A DNA stretch of 64,000 nucleotides, taken from NCBI GenBank assembly GCA_017634175.1, contig JAGBNY010000018.1, positions 2,283 through 66,282 on the forward strand, read 5' to 3'. Of this stretch, positions 44,989-55,022 are shown one piece after another. Under the pieces are notes generated by a model. That model saw nothing but the letters and a program-made list of their open reading frames with translations. It ran no database searches and had not been told where the DNA came from. The first letter of the stretch is position 1; each line of letters starts with the position of its first letter. The position numbers and the translations under genes were made by a program. The DNA is from Lachnospiraceae bacterium. Its GTDB lineage: Bacteria > Bacillota > Clostridia > Lachnospirales > Lachnospiraceae.

Positions 44989-46570
44989 GCCGGAGTCGAT
45001 TCGCCGGTTTTCTTCGCCCTGTCTGAACGCTGTGCATCAGCATAGCAAAGGCGGATTGGCGCTGTTCTGTGTTTTCCTGTTCGTCATTTGTATCCTAGGA
45101 TTAAGGGCTTTGGATAGTACGAAACCAGTATATGCTTCGTCTGTTTCAAATAATGGAAATAACGTCGAGATAGTGCAAAGAAGCAGGTCATCGCATTATT
45201 CCAGCTATAGTGAGGATGAGGTGGAGAAAGAATCTGAGAGCCATGATGAGTATAGTTCTGCCACCTCGACTAACCCGTTCATCCTTCCGGCCGCTACTTG
45301 GGCTACGCCCACAGCAGAACACGGACAGCCAGTCGTGATTGTCCTGCCAATAGTCAATATGTTCAAGTACGATGTCAAGGATGTAATCATCACTCCGGTA
45401 GTTTCTACCAAGACCGATGAATTTCCCTTTGAGATAGACTTGACTGGGTTCACTCAAAAGATACCCTATCTCCTTGGAGAAAATGCTGAAGCGGACCCCA
45501 ATAAAAGGGTTCAAAACTGCGCTTGGGCTTTTCGGACGCGAGAGGACATAAAGACCGGGTACTATAAACTGGATTTCAATATAACTTATACAAATCCCGC
45601 CTGTGTCATTGAAAGCTGCACAATCGCTACTTTTGTAAGGACTCAGGGACTCAAGAAATATGGTTCTACGAATGGGGATGAAGCTGAGAAAAAGAAGTCC
45701 ACTCCAAGGGTGATAGTGAGGGGATTCACGACAGAGCCTGAAGAGGTTAGGGCTGGCCAGAATTTCTTCCTCCATCTGACCATGGAAAATACCTCGAAGG
45801 AAACTGCTGTCAAGAATATGGAACTCGACCTCACGGGGGTGGTCGCCGGGAAAGATTCCGAAAGCTCTTATGCGGCCTTTCTTCCAACGTCCGGGGCGAA
45901 TAGCTTTTATGTGGATAACATTCCTGCGGGCGGGACCAAAGAGCTGACGATGGAATTCAATGTCAAGGCGGATCTGGAACAAAAGCCCTATGTAATGGAC
46001 ATCAAGATGCTTTATGAGGACGATGAGGCTAATCCTTACGAAGGCAGCGCTAATGTATCCATCCCAGTGCATCAGCTATCTAAGTACGATATAAGCACCC
46101 CTGAAGTCCAGCCGTCAAACATTGGAATCGGTGAGCAGTCCAATGTAATGTTCAGCATATATAATACCGGGAAGACCAAGCTCTACAATGTCTCTGTGAG
46201 CTTTAATGGCGCCTCGATAGAGCCAGCCCTATGCTATGTAGGGGGTATAGAGTCTGGCGGCACCGGGAATGTCGATCTGATGCTTACAGGAATTGCTCCG
46301 ACAGAAGATGACGGGACTATCCCTTTCATAGTATCCTATGAGGATGAATCTGGCAAAGTGACAAGCGAGACTCAGGAGTTAAATCTGTATGTGGCCGATA
46401 ATACGGATTTTGAAGAAGAAGAGTCTTTTGATGAAGGCAGCGTTGAAACGGGGGACGACAATAAGAAAAATATTCTGATTGCTGCGGGTACCGTAGCTGG
46501 GTGCATCATAATTTTCATAATTGCTGGCATCATTGCCCGGAAAAAGAAGAAGGAAAGGGAGGAACCTTGA
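44960..46570 (+). CDS. COG1361/CARDB-like Ig-repeat membrane-anchored surface protein
   Basis: N-terminal hydrophobic segment; repeated beta-sandwich patterns (LTMENTS..AVKNM, IYNTGKTKLYNVSV); C-terminal TM + RKKKK. Start uncertain. Confidence 0.7.
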   Translation: MKISRFNGGRPESIRRFSSPCLNAVHQHSKGGLALFCVFLFVICILGLRALDSTKPVYASSVSNNGNNVEIVQRSRSSHYSSYSEDEVEKESESHDEYSSATSTNPFILPAATWATPTAEHGQPVVIVLPIVNMFKYDVKDVIITPVVSTKTDEFPFEIDLTGFTQKIPYLLGENAEADPNKRVQNCAWAFRTREDIKTGYYKLDFNITYTNPACVIESCTIATFVRTQGLKKYGSTNGDEAEKKKSTPRVIVRGFTTEPEEVRAGQNFFLHLTMENTSKETAVKNMELDLTGVVAGKDSESSYAAFLPTSGANSFYVDNIPAGGTKELTMEFNVKADLEQKPYVMDIKMLYEDDEANPYEGSANVSIPVHQLSKYDISTPEVQPSNIGIGEQSNVMFSIYNTGKTKLYNVSVSFNGASIEPALCYVGGIESGGTGNVDLMLTGIAPTEDDGTIPFIVSYEDESGKVTSETQELNLYVADNTDFEEEESFDEGSVETGDDNKKNILIAAGTVAGCIIIFIIAGIIARKKKKEREEP

Positions 46571-46571
46571 T

Positions 46572-47960
46572 TTGAGAAGCTCAGACCTTATATCTATGAG
46601 CCTGGGTTCCCTTTTCAAGAGAAAAATCAGGACTTGCCTTACCATATTGGGAGTCGTGATCGGGATAGCATCAATAGTTATCATGGTGTCATTGGGAATA
46701 GGGCTCGACAGGCAGGCCATGGAAATGATTGCGGAATATGGCGGATTGACTCAGATTACTGTGACTCCAGGGGGCGGTGGAATGGACATGGGGAGCAGAA
46801 ATGTCGGTGGCAGCGACCCGACTGCCTATCTTTTGACCTCGAAGAGCGTAAAAGATATAGCATCTATGCCGCATATATCCCTTGTATCGCCCATATTATA
46901 TGTAGATGCCGTGATTAGGGGCGGCAGATACGAGAGGTCTGGTCAAGTAAAGGCAATGAGCCTTGAAGCCTTAAAAGAAAAATATTCCGATTTTGCCGAG
47001 GGAGGGCTGCCGAAAGAGGGTGATACTCTCGCTTTCATTTTTGGCAATATGGTAAAAAAGGATTTCGTGGATTATAAGACAAAAGCTGGGTTTTGGGACA
47101 CTGGGAAAATGCCCAATATAGATTTTATGAAGTCTCCCTTATTCACAATCTTCGATGTTGAAGCGTACGAGGAGGCAAAGAATCCAGATTCATCGCAAAG
47201 CAACAGCGGGGGAAAAGAGGAAAATGCTGAAGGACAGCTTCAGAAAAAAGGACCCCCCAAGAAGTACCTGGTTCCAGCGGCCGGGGTATTAAAAGGGGGC
47301 GAAGAGGACTATTTTCAATATAGTTATGATGTATGCTGCGACATAGAGGCCATTACTCCGATAATCACCAAGGTTTTTAGAGGCCGTCCTATCCCGGGTC
47401 AGCCTACCAACAAGAATGGGAAGCCCTATCGAGAAATCTTCTATAATGAGCTTTTGGTGATCGTAGATAATGTGGACAGCATGGAAGAGACAGAGACTGC
47501 AATACGTCAAATGGGCTATAATTCTTATAGCAATACAGAGTGGGTGGAAGAAGAGAGGCAATCTGCGAGGCAGAGGCAGGCGCTCCTGGGAGGGGTCGGT
47601 GCAGTCTCGCTCCTTGTTGCGGCTATAGGGATCTCAAATACGATGCTCATGTCGATATATGAGAGGACTCGTGAGATAGGAGTCATGAAAGTCCTTGGAT
47701 GCAGACTCATGGACATACAGCTTCTTTTTCTTTGCGAAGCTGGCTTGATAGGACTGATCGGAGGGCTCATTGGAAATTTGCTGAGCTTTGCTATTTCATT
47801 TATAATCAATACAATTACAAAAGCGACTACATCCGTGATCCCGGGGTGGCTGGCTCTCGCAGGAATCATTTTCTCTATCTTTGTATCTATTTTCGCAGGG
47901 TACATTCCATCAAGAAGGGCTATGAAATTGTCACCGCTCTCAGCTATCAGAAACGAGTGA
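46572..47960 (+). CDS. MacB/FtsX-family ABC permease
   Basis: RTCLTILGVVIGIAS, SIYERTREIGVMKVLG, PSRRAMKLSP. TTG start 46572 after SD AGGGAGGA. Confidence 0.92.
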   Translation: MRSSDLISMSLGSLFKRKIRTCLTILGVVIGIASIVIMVSLGIGLDRQAMEMIAEYGGLTQITVTPGGGGMDMGSRNVGGSDPTAYLLTSKSVKDIASMPHISLVSPILYVDAVIRGGRYERSGQVKAMSLEALKEKYSDFAEGGLPKEGDTLAFIFGNMVKKDFVDYKTKAGFWDTGKMPNIDFMKSPLFTIFDVEAYEEAKNPDSSQSNSGGKEENAEGQLQKKGPPKKYLVPAAGVLKGGEEDYFQYSYDVCCDIEAITPIITKVFRGRPIPGQPTNKNGKPYREIFYNELLVIVDNVDSMEETETAIRQMGYNSYSNTEWVEEERQSARQRQALLGGVGAVSLLVAAIGISNTMLMSIYERTREIGVMKVLGCRLMDIQLLFLCEAGLIGLIGGLIGNLLSFAISFIINTITKATTSVIPGWLALAGIIFSIFVSIFAGYIPSRRAMKLSPLSAIRNE

Positions 47961-47964
47961 AAAA

Positions 47965-49335
47965 ATGCTTTTTTCTTCCCTGATTTTTTTGTTTCGGTTC
48001 ATGCCGATTTTTTTGGCTGTATATATTTTTGTTCCCCCCAAGTTCAAGAATTTAGTGCTGTTTATAGGGAGCGTTATTTTCTATGCTGTAGGAGAGATTA
48101 AATATACTGCGTTGATTCTGGCGGTCATCTTCTTTAATTACCTATTGACAAGGTGGATGGCGCAGTACGAGAAAGGCTCCGCGGAGAGGACTGCTGTGCT
48201 GATTCTGGCGCTTGGTCTGGATATAGGCACCCTGGCCATATTCAAATACGCTGGTTTCTTAGGGGGCATAGTCAATTCCATTTCAGGGCTAAATTTGCCG
48301 GTTCTAGATATTGCGCTGCCGCTGGGGATTAGCTTCTATACCTTTCAGATAATGTCCTACGTGATCGATGTCTATAGGGGAAAGATTGCTCCGGCCAGGA
48401 ATATTTTGAAGGTTGGGACTTACATTGTGATGTTCCCTCAGCTCATAGCAGGCCCCATTGTTATCTATTCAAAAGTGTCCAAAGAATTGGATAAAAGAGT
48501 CCTTAGTATGAGAGGGATTGAAGATGGACTCAAAACCTTTACTTTAGGGCTTGGCAGCAAAGTTATCCTTGCGAATCAATTAGGGAACATCTGGAATTCG
48601 GCCCAGGAAGCTGGATTCGCTAACATCTCATCATTTTTTGCCTGGATTGCCGTCCTTTCTTACACCCTTCAACTCTATTTTGATTTCAATGGATATTCTT
48701 TGATGGCGATAGGACTTGGGAGGATGCTTGGATTCCATTATCCGGAGAATTTCAATTATCCCTATATCTCTTCATCGGTAAGCGAATTCTGGAAAAGATG
48801 GCATATGACCCTTACGGCCTGGTTTCGAGACTATCTATATATTCCTTTAGGGGGGAATAGAAGGGGCATCATTAGGACTCTTTTCAATATGTTCATAGTT
48901 TGGGTGATTACCGGGCTTTGGCATGGAGCGGCATGGAATTTTGTGCTGTGGGGGATTTATCACTTTTGTTTTTTGGTGATGGAGAGGCTTTTCTTTGGCA
49001 GAATCCTGAACTTAAGCATAGTTTTTTCAAGAATTTACACGATAGTGGTAGTTATGTGCGGCTGGGTGCTCTTTGCCACAGATAGCCTGGAGGACGCGGG
49101 CAACTGCCTGGTCAGGCTTTTTGTCCCCCATGCAGGGACAGGATTGAGCAGCGCGGGAATGTCGTTTGCTCTTCTGATCGCAGGCATCTTCTTTTCGACA
49201 CCGATATTTAGGAAGTGGTATGACAGGCGAAGCAGGTCGATCATAGTTACTCTGATATTGTTTGTGATTTTCTGGGCTTCAGTATTCCTGCTCACTAGCG
49301 CAGTCTATAATCCATTTTTGTATTTTAGGTTTTAA
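47965..49335 (+). CDS. MBOAT O-acyltransferase (AlgI/PatA/DltB-like)
   Basis: LPLGISFYTFQ, FPQLIAGPI, YFDFNGYS, EFWKRWH, TGLWHGA, FLYFRF. Confidence 0.93.
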   Translation: MLFSSLIFLFRFMPIFLAVYIFVPPKFKNLVLFIGSVIFYAVGEIKYTALILAVIFFNYLLTRWMAQYEKGSAERTAVLILALGLDIGTLAIFKYAGFLGGIVNSISGLNLPVLDIALPLGISFYTFQIMSYVIDVYRGKIAPARNILKVGTYIVMFPQLIAGPIVIYSKVSKELDKRVLSMRGIEDGLKTFTLGLGSKVILANQLGNIWNSAQEAGFANISSFFAWIAVLSYTLQLYFDFNGYSLMAIGLGRMLGFHYPENFNYPYISSSVSEFWKRWHMTLTAWFRDYLYIPLGGNRRGIIRTLFNMFIVWVITGLWHGAAWNFVLWGIYHFCFLVMERLFFGRILNLSIVFSRIYTIVVVMCGWVLFATDSLEDAGNCLVRLFVPHAGTGLSSAGMSFALLIAGIFFSTPIFRKWYDRRSRSIIVTLILFVIFWASVFLLTSAVYNPFLYFRF

Positions 49336-49340
49336 TTCTA

Positions 49341-50594
49341 ATGAAGAAATTTCCTTTCGCTCTTTTGATCGTTCTGACTTCCATCATCTTCATCCTGTAT
49401 GGCAGCATATTGAAGATTGGAAGCCTATTAAAGATAACGGATGCTTCTGACCTTGCTTCGGAGCTTTTCTCCGAGGAGAACATGGCCATTGCCTATGCTG
49501 TGCATGATATAGAGGAAAATTTTAGCGGAAGGCTTGAAGGTGATGAATCTAATAATTATGAAATAGGTGGGTTCGATCCCGCTTCTTACAGCCTCAGTAA
49601 ATCTGATTCAAAGAATGAAGAGTCCTGGGATGACACTTGGACTGGAAATGAAACGGAAAATTCAGATGAAGGCCAAAAGGAGCCAGAGAATCTGGATAAA
49701 GGGGATGAAAAGGGGACTGAATCAGATGATGTGAATGAGGGTGATGATTCTGCCCCAGAAGTATCCAAGGTAGAAGATGAGGATACTCAGCAGGAAATGG
49801 AGTCACCGCAAGAAGCAGAGGATGGGGAAGTTCTAGGTGATTCCTTGCAGGAAAACTCAAATAGTGATGATGAGTCCGGAGAACAGGAATCTAATGGGAA
49901 TCTTGAAGAAGCTGAAGTATTTGGGCTTTCACAGAACACAGCCCTATTGCCCGGGGACGAATCTTTCAGCGGGAATTATGGGGGCTTCGTTCAAGCTGAC
50001 TTGTCCTATCTTACGGGCGGGGATGCCTTGCTTATCGGGGATTCCAGACAACAGGGATTTGGACTCTACTCAGGCATTAAGGGGATGACAGTTTACGCAG
50101 ATAAGGGCAATACGGTCTTTTCAGTTTTTGATAAGGCCTTTATCGACCTTGGGGCTCCCTATGGAAAGGTGACGCTGCCACAAGCGCTGTCCCTTGAACC
50201 GGGCAAATATAAGAAGATCTATGTGATGTTCGGTATCAATGAGATGGGATGGGGGAATAGCGAGACGCTGAAAGAGGCATATTACAAGCTGGTAGATATG
50301 CTTAAGTCCTATGAGCCAAATGCGGTGATTTTTTTGGAAAGCATCTTGCCGGTCACGGAGAGGAAGGCTTCTCAGTCAAAATATTTCAGAAGCGAAAGGA
50401 TAGTCGAGAGGAACGAGTATATAAAGGAAGTTGCAAGAGATGAGCACGTGGCTTACCTGGACCTTCATTCGGTCTATTGCAATGAGGAAGGTTTCCTCCC
50501 GAAAGAATATGCGGCTGACGGAGTCCATTTGAAAGCACAGTATTTTTCCGCTTGGACTGATTTTCTTTTATCCCATGCCCTCCCGATTTTTTAA
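49341..50594 (+). CDS. Membrane-anchored SGNH/GDSL hydrolase-fold protein (PatB/AlgJ-like) with acidic linker
   Basis: IGDSR, FGINE, DGVH blocks; N-terminal TM; directly after the MBOAT. Confidence 0.85.
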   Translation: MKKFPFALLIVLTSIIFILYGSILKIGSLLKITDASDLASELFSEENMAIAYAVHDIEENFSGRLEGDESNNYEIGGFDPASYSLSKSDSKNEESWDDTWTGNETENSDEGQKEPENLDKGDEKGTESDDVNEGDDSAPEVSKVEDEDTQQEMESPQEAEDGEVLGDSLQENSNSDDESGEQESNGNLEEAEVFGLSQNTALLPGDESFSGNYGGFVQADLSYLTGGDALLIGDSRQQGFGLYSGIKGMTVYADKGNTVFSVFDKAFIDLGAPYGKVTLPQALSLEPGKYKKIYVMFGINEMGWGNSETLKEAYYKLVDMLKSYEPNAVIFLESILPVTERKASQSKYFRSERIVERNEYIKEVARDEHVAYLDLHSVYCNEEGFLPKEYAADGVHLKAQYFSAWTDFLLSHALPIF

Positions 50595-50645
50595 TATTAG
50601 ATGGTGATTGAGGCTTTCCGGCGTGAAAATAAGAAAAGTCCGATA

Positions 50646-50918
50646 TCACACGCAGTAGATTTCAGAATGGGTGCCGGTCCGGATGAGGAAAAGCCTGTTT
50701 TTCTCTATTCGGTAGATAAGTATCCAATCGGAAGAGAGGTGACACTCCGCGAATTTCATCCGCCCTGCAGACAGGCTGCTTTCCATCCTGTCTCTGGGCA
50801 GTTCTTTTTCTTGAAAAAGAATCTTTATCACATTCAATAGTATAGACATATTTCGTTTCTCCTTAGAGCAGCGTTTATAGTCCTTTTTGAATTGAGCGGA
50901 GCTAGTGATAGTTAGCAT
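50646..50918 (-). CDS. yafQ: YafQ-family (RelE superfamily) mRNA interferase toxin
   Basis: SAQFKKDYKR, ECHLSSDWILIY, RTGTHSEI. Confidence 0.88.
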   Translation of the reverse strand: MLTITSSAQFKKDYKRCSKEKRNMSILLNVIKILFQEKELPRDRMESSLSAGRMKFAECHLSSDWILIYRIEKNRLFLIRTGTHSEIYCV

Positions 50919-50920
50919 AT

Positions 50921-51208
50921 TTATCCCTCTAAATCCTTGATGAAGTCAGGAATGCTTTCAAAGCGTTCGCCGCTATCGGTGCTGGATAGCCTGTTGATTT
51001 CTTTGATAGCCTCTAAGGTCTTATCATTTAGAAAACTATAAGTCCTGCATAAGGGGCATAAACCGTCAATGTCATGGACAGGCTTGCTGTCATGGAATAC
51101 ATTGGAGTTTAAATAGACTGCGCTATCGTATATGGCTTCCAAGTAGGGCGCAGGAAGCTTCTTCAAAATTTGAATTGTTTTTTCTAAGAGGAGAGATCGC
51201 TTGTCCAT
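50921..51208 (-). CDS. Putative antitoxin with DinJ/RelB-like C-terminus and a CxxC motif
   Basis: 2 bp upstream of the toxin; NDKTLEAIKE...RFESIPDFIKDL resembles DinJ-type tails. Confidence 0.65.
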   Translation of the reverse strand: MDKRSLLLEKTIQILKKLPAPYLEAIYDSAVYLNSNVFHDSKPVHDIDGLCPLCRTYSFLNDKTLEAIKEINRLSSTDSGERFESIPDFIKDLEG

Positions 51209-51333
51209 AGGGAGAGAATTATTGCCGTAAACAACGAATTTCGCATAGTTTGAATTAGTTTATTGTTTACAAAATATATAAGAAAATTATAACATGATTT
51301 GGCTATAATTGCAAAACAGGATTGGATCATCAT

Positions 51334-52746
51334 ATGTGGGACTTGGAAAAATTCTCTAACAATATTGCGATAATAGATGAGGCTGGAGAGAAATTGAGTT
51401 ACAAGGATTTGAGCAAAGTATCCAGCTTGCTAGGAGAGGCCGTGGGTGGAAGGTCTCTTTGCTTCATTCTATGTACTAATACAATAGGCTCGATCATTGG
51501 TTATGTGAGCCTTGTTAATAACGGCATTGTTCCGCTGCTGCTTAGCTTTCATATGGAGAGGCTTCTTCTCGATAACTTGATTAATCTATATAAGCCGCAA
51601 TTCATCTATCTTCCATCTTCTGCCAGAGATGAATTTCCGGATTTCCCGGAGATATATTCGGGGCATGGTTATTCTTTGATTGAGCTGGGTTTTTCAAAGG
51701 AGGAGCTCTTTCCTTTGAATGAGAGTCTTGCCCTTCTGCTCACCACGTCTGGCTCTACGGGCAGCCCTAAGTTAGTTAGACAGTCTTACAAAAACATTGC
51801 AAGCAATACTGAGTCCATAATAGAGTACTTGGGAATAAAGGAAGACGAACGAGCAATAACCACCCTTCCGATGAACTATACCTATGGCCTTTCTATAATA
51901 AATACGCATCTCTATGCAGGAGCCACTATTCTTGTGACAGAAAAGGGACTTATGCAAAAAGAATTTTGGGATTTCTTTGAAAGGGAGGGGGCAACATCGT
52001 TTGGCGGGGTTCCGTATACCTACGAGATGCTGAATAAGCTTAAGGTAACTAGGATGAAGCTGCCATCGCTCCGATATATGACTCAGGCAGGCGGAAAGCT
52101 TTCCCCGACTCTTCACGAAACATTCGCAAAATATGCCGAAGATTTAGGGAAGCGCTTCATAGTGATGTATGGCCAATGCGAGGCAACTGCGAGGATGGGA
52201 TATCTTCCTCCTGAAAAGGCCATGGAGAAAAAAGGGTCTATGGGCATAGCCATCCCCGGAGGGAAACTTTGGCTAAGAGGTGAAGATGGGACAGAGATAT
52301 CTGAGCCTTTAGTGGCTGGAGAGCTAATATATGAGGGCCCCAATGTTACCATGGGATATGCCGAAAGCGGAGAAGACCTATCTTTGGGAGATTTACGGGG
52401 AGGAGTCTTGGAAACTGGGGATATAGCAGAGTTTGATCAGGACGGTTTTTTTTATATAGTTGGACGTAAGAAGAGGTTCTTAAAGATTTATGGGAACAGG
52501 GTGAATCTAGATGAAGTAGAGCGGCATATCAGGGAGAGATTCGGGATAGAAGCTGCCTCGGCCGGAGTGGACGACCACCTAAAGATTTTCATAACCGATG
52601 GAAGGGACGGAGAAAAAATAAAAACATATATTTCTGATATCACTAAACTTAATCCTGCAGCATTTGAGATAAGGGTCATATCTGAGATACCAAAGAATGA
52701 GTCAGGAAAGGTACTCTATAGTGTTTTGGAGGGCGAGAACAAATGA
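51334..52746 (+). CDS. AMP-binding acyl-CoA/acyl-ACP ligase
   Basis: TTSGSTGSPK, MYGQCEAT, LETGD, VGRKKRFLKIYGNRV, PKNESGK. Confidence 0.92.
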   Translation: MWDLEKFSNNIAIIDEAGEKLSYKDLSKVSSLLGEAVGGRSLCFILCTNTIGSIIGYVSLVNNGIVPLLLSFHMERLLLDNLINLYKPQFIYLPSSARDEFPDFPEIYSGHGYSLIELGFSKEELFPLNESLALLLTTSGSTGSPKLVRQSYKNIASNTESIIEYLGIKEDERAITTLPMNYTYGLSIINTHLYAGATILVTEKGLMQKEFWDFFEREGATSFGGVPYTYEMLNKLKVTRMKLPSLRYMTQAGGKLSPTLHETFAKYAEDLGKRFIVMYGQCEATARMGYLPPEKAMEKKGSMGIAIPGGKLWLRGEDGTEISEPLVAGELIYEGPNVTMGYAESGEDLSLGDLRGGVLETGDIAEFDQDGFFYIVGRKKRFLKIYGNRVNLDEVERHIRERFGIEAASAGVDDHLKIFITDGRDGEKIKTYISDITKLNPAAFEIRVISEIPKNESGKVLYSVLEGENK

Positions 52747-53831
52747 CATTTGATGAAGCGATGGAATGTAAGCCCTTTTCAATGGACAAAGTGGAGAAGA
52801 AAGCCTTTTTGAACGACAGGCTTATGGAACTTACCAAGAGGCATTATAGAGAGTCTAAAGAATATAGGGATATACTTGATACGCTTGGCTTCGATATAAA
52901 GTCCCAAATAGCGTATGATGAATTGCCTTTTGTTCCTGTCAGGCTTTTCAAAGAGCTATCCTTGAAGTCGGTGCCTGAAGAGAAAATAGTGAAGACAATG
53001 ACATCATCGGGCACTACAGGCCAGGCTGTATCCAGGATTTATTTGGATTCCAGGACTGCGGCAAACCAACAGAAAGTGATGGCCAGGATAGTGTCGGATT
53101 TTCTGGGTCCCGAGAGATGCCCTATGATAATCATAGACTGCCCCTCTGTAACAAAAAATCGGGAAATGTTCTCTGCCAGGGGAGCCGGCATATTGGGGTT
53201 CTCGATTTTTGGACAAAAACGGATTTATGCCTTGAATGATGAGATGGAGCTTGATTTCAATGGGCTGTCCCATTTCCTGGATACATACAGAGGGAAAAAG
53301 ATCCTGCTTTTTGGATTCACTTTCATGATTTGGGAGCATTTTTATAAAAAGCTTTTGAAAAGAGCGGAAGAGGGAGAAAGATTAGATTTATCTAATGGAG
53401 TGCTGATTCATGGAGGGGGCTGGAAGAAGCTTTTGAGCGAGGCGGTGAGCCCCTTGGAATTCAAGGAAAGACTCAATGAGGTCTGTGGCCTGAATGAGGT
53501 ACATGACTATTACGGCATGGTGGAGCAGACTGGATGCATTTATGTCGAGTGCGAATGTGGTCATCTCCATAGCAGCATCTATTCCGATGTGATTGCAAGA
53601 AGACCTTCGGACTTCTCAAAATGCGAATACGGAGAAAAGGGAATCTTACAAGTAATATCAACTATCCCTGAGTCCTATCCAGGACACTCGCTTTTAACGG
53701 AAGATGAGGGGACAGTCTTGGGGGAGGATGACTGCCCCTGTGGAAGGCTGGGTAAATATTTTTCTGTCTCAGGCAGGATAAAAAATGCGGAATTGAGGGG
53801 TTGCAGCGATACCTATGCGGCAAAGTTTTGA
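52743..53831 (+). CDS. LuxE-like acyl-protein synthetase
   Basis: PFVPVRLFK, TSSGTTG, HGGGWKK, DYYGMVE, SYPGHSLLTED, GRIKNAELRGCS. Confidence 0.9.
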   Translation: MTFDEAMECKPFSMDKVEKKAFLNDRLMELTKRHYRESKEYRDILDTLGFDIKSQIAYDELPFVPVRLFKELSLKSVPEEKIVKTMTSSGTTGQAVSRIYLDSRTAANQQKVMARIVSDFLGPERCPMIIIDCPSVTKNREMFSARGAGILGFSIFGQKRIYALNDEMELDFNGLSHFLDTYRGKKILLFGFTFMIWEHFYKKLLKRAEEGERLDLSNGVLIHGGGWKKLLSEAVSPLEFKERLNEVCGLNEVHDYYGMVEQTGCIYVECECGHLHSSIYSDVIARRPSDFSKCEYGEKGILQVISTIPESYPGHSLLTEDEGTVLGEDDCPCGRLGKYFSVSGRIKNAELRGCSDTYAAKF

Positions 53832-55014
53832 GAAGATAAAATTTTTGATTGGCTCGGCGGAAAGCTTGGAGAGGATGGCGGAAGTACCATCTAAGACACC
53901 TTTTGACGATGAAATCTGTGAGTTCCTAAATAGTCTTTCCAAGGCATTGCTCACTAGTCCTAAAAACAGGATGTATCCGGCTGTCACTGCTTTTGGCTTC
54001 TTTTTGAGAAAAGGCTCGATAGGGCTGCTTAAGCAAAGATTCTTGAAGGCGGGAGAATACAGGCTTGGAAGGGGAATGAGCTTCCACATTGCTCCGTCCA
54101 ATGTGCCTGTCAATTTTGCCTATTCATTAGCGGCTGGGCTCTTGGCTGGGAATCCCAACGTGGTCAGAGTACCATCTAAGGAATTCCCGGAAATAGATTT
54201 GATAGCTGAGGCGATGAGGGCTACCTTGGAAGCCTACGAGGGGCTTAAGAACATGATTTCTTTGGTGAGATATGAAAGGGACAGAGAAATCAATGACGAT
54301 TTGTCCGGGCTATGTGCAAATAGGATAATTTGGGGCGGAGACAGCACGATAGAAGAAATAAGGAAATCGCCTTTGGCTCCGAGGGCTAAGGAAATCTGCT
54401 TTGCAGACAGGTATTCATTTGCTGTCATTGATACAAAGGCATATCTTGATATGGATCCTAAAAGAGTGGCAGAGTCCTTTTATAATGACACCTATCTATC
54501 TGATCAAAACGCTTGTTCAAGTCCGAGAGTCATTTGCTGGACTGGGAATGAAGAAGCATATGCGAAGAAGCTTTTTTGGGACAGTCTGCATGAATTCTTG
54601 AAACAAAAGTTTGAATTACAAAGCGTAAAAGCTGTCGATAAGCTGAGTAGCCTATGCCTGGTTGGAGCGAGCTTTCCTGAAGCAAAGCCGCGTTTTGTGG
54701 CAATGCAGGATAATTTGATAACAAGGGTTGAGTTGAAAAAGCTTCCAATGGGTCTTATGCAGAGGCTTGAAAATTCAGGATTCTTCTTTGAGTATAGCTT
54801 TATGGACATCTTAGAATTAAAGACCCTATGTTTGGATAAAAGATGTCAGACTATAGGATATATTGGCGATAAAAGAATGTTCATGCCTCTTCTTGCTTCA
54901 GGTATAGGGGGAGTGGATAGAATAGTCCCTATAGGAAAAACCATGGACTTTGACCTGTATTGGGACGGATATGATTTGATTAATGAACTATCCAGGAATA
55001 TTTCTGTCTCTTGA
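53815..55014 (+). CDS. LuxC-like acyl-CoA reductase
   Basis: GRGMSFHIAPSNVP, IIWGGD, FADRYS, DQNACSSP (catalytic Cys), DRIVPIG, WDG. Confidence 0.9.
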   Translation: MRQSFEKIKFLIGSAESLERMAEVPSKTPFDDEICEFLNSLSKALLTSPKNRMYPAVTAFGFFLRKGSIGLLKQRFLKAGEYRLGRGMSFHIAPSNVPVNFAYSLAAGLLAGNPNVVRVPSKEFPEIDLIAEAMRATLEAYEGLKNMISLVRYERDREINDDLSGLCANRIIWGGDSTIEEIRKSPLAPRAKEICFADRYSFAVIDTKAYLDMDPKRVAESFYNDTYLSDQNACSSPRVICWTGNEEAYAKKLFWDSLHEFLKQKFELQSVKAVDKLSSLCLVGASFPEAKPRFVAMQDNLITRVELKKLPMGLMQRLENSGFFFEYSFMDILELKTLCLDKRCQTIGYIGDKRMFMPLLASGIGGVDRIVPIGKTMDFDLYWDGYDLINELSRNISVS

Positions 55015-55022
55015 AAAAGTTA

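Noticed and set aside
45188-46072. 294-aa antisense ORF (likewise 18117-18767, 15662-16228, 2622-3116 and other shadow ORFs)
   Set aside because: They lie opposite well-supported genes, show no motifs, and are expected from codon bias on the coding strand.
52743-55014. Bioluminescence operon
   Set aside because: No luxA, luxB, luxD or luxG; the context is envelope modification in a probable anaerobe.
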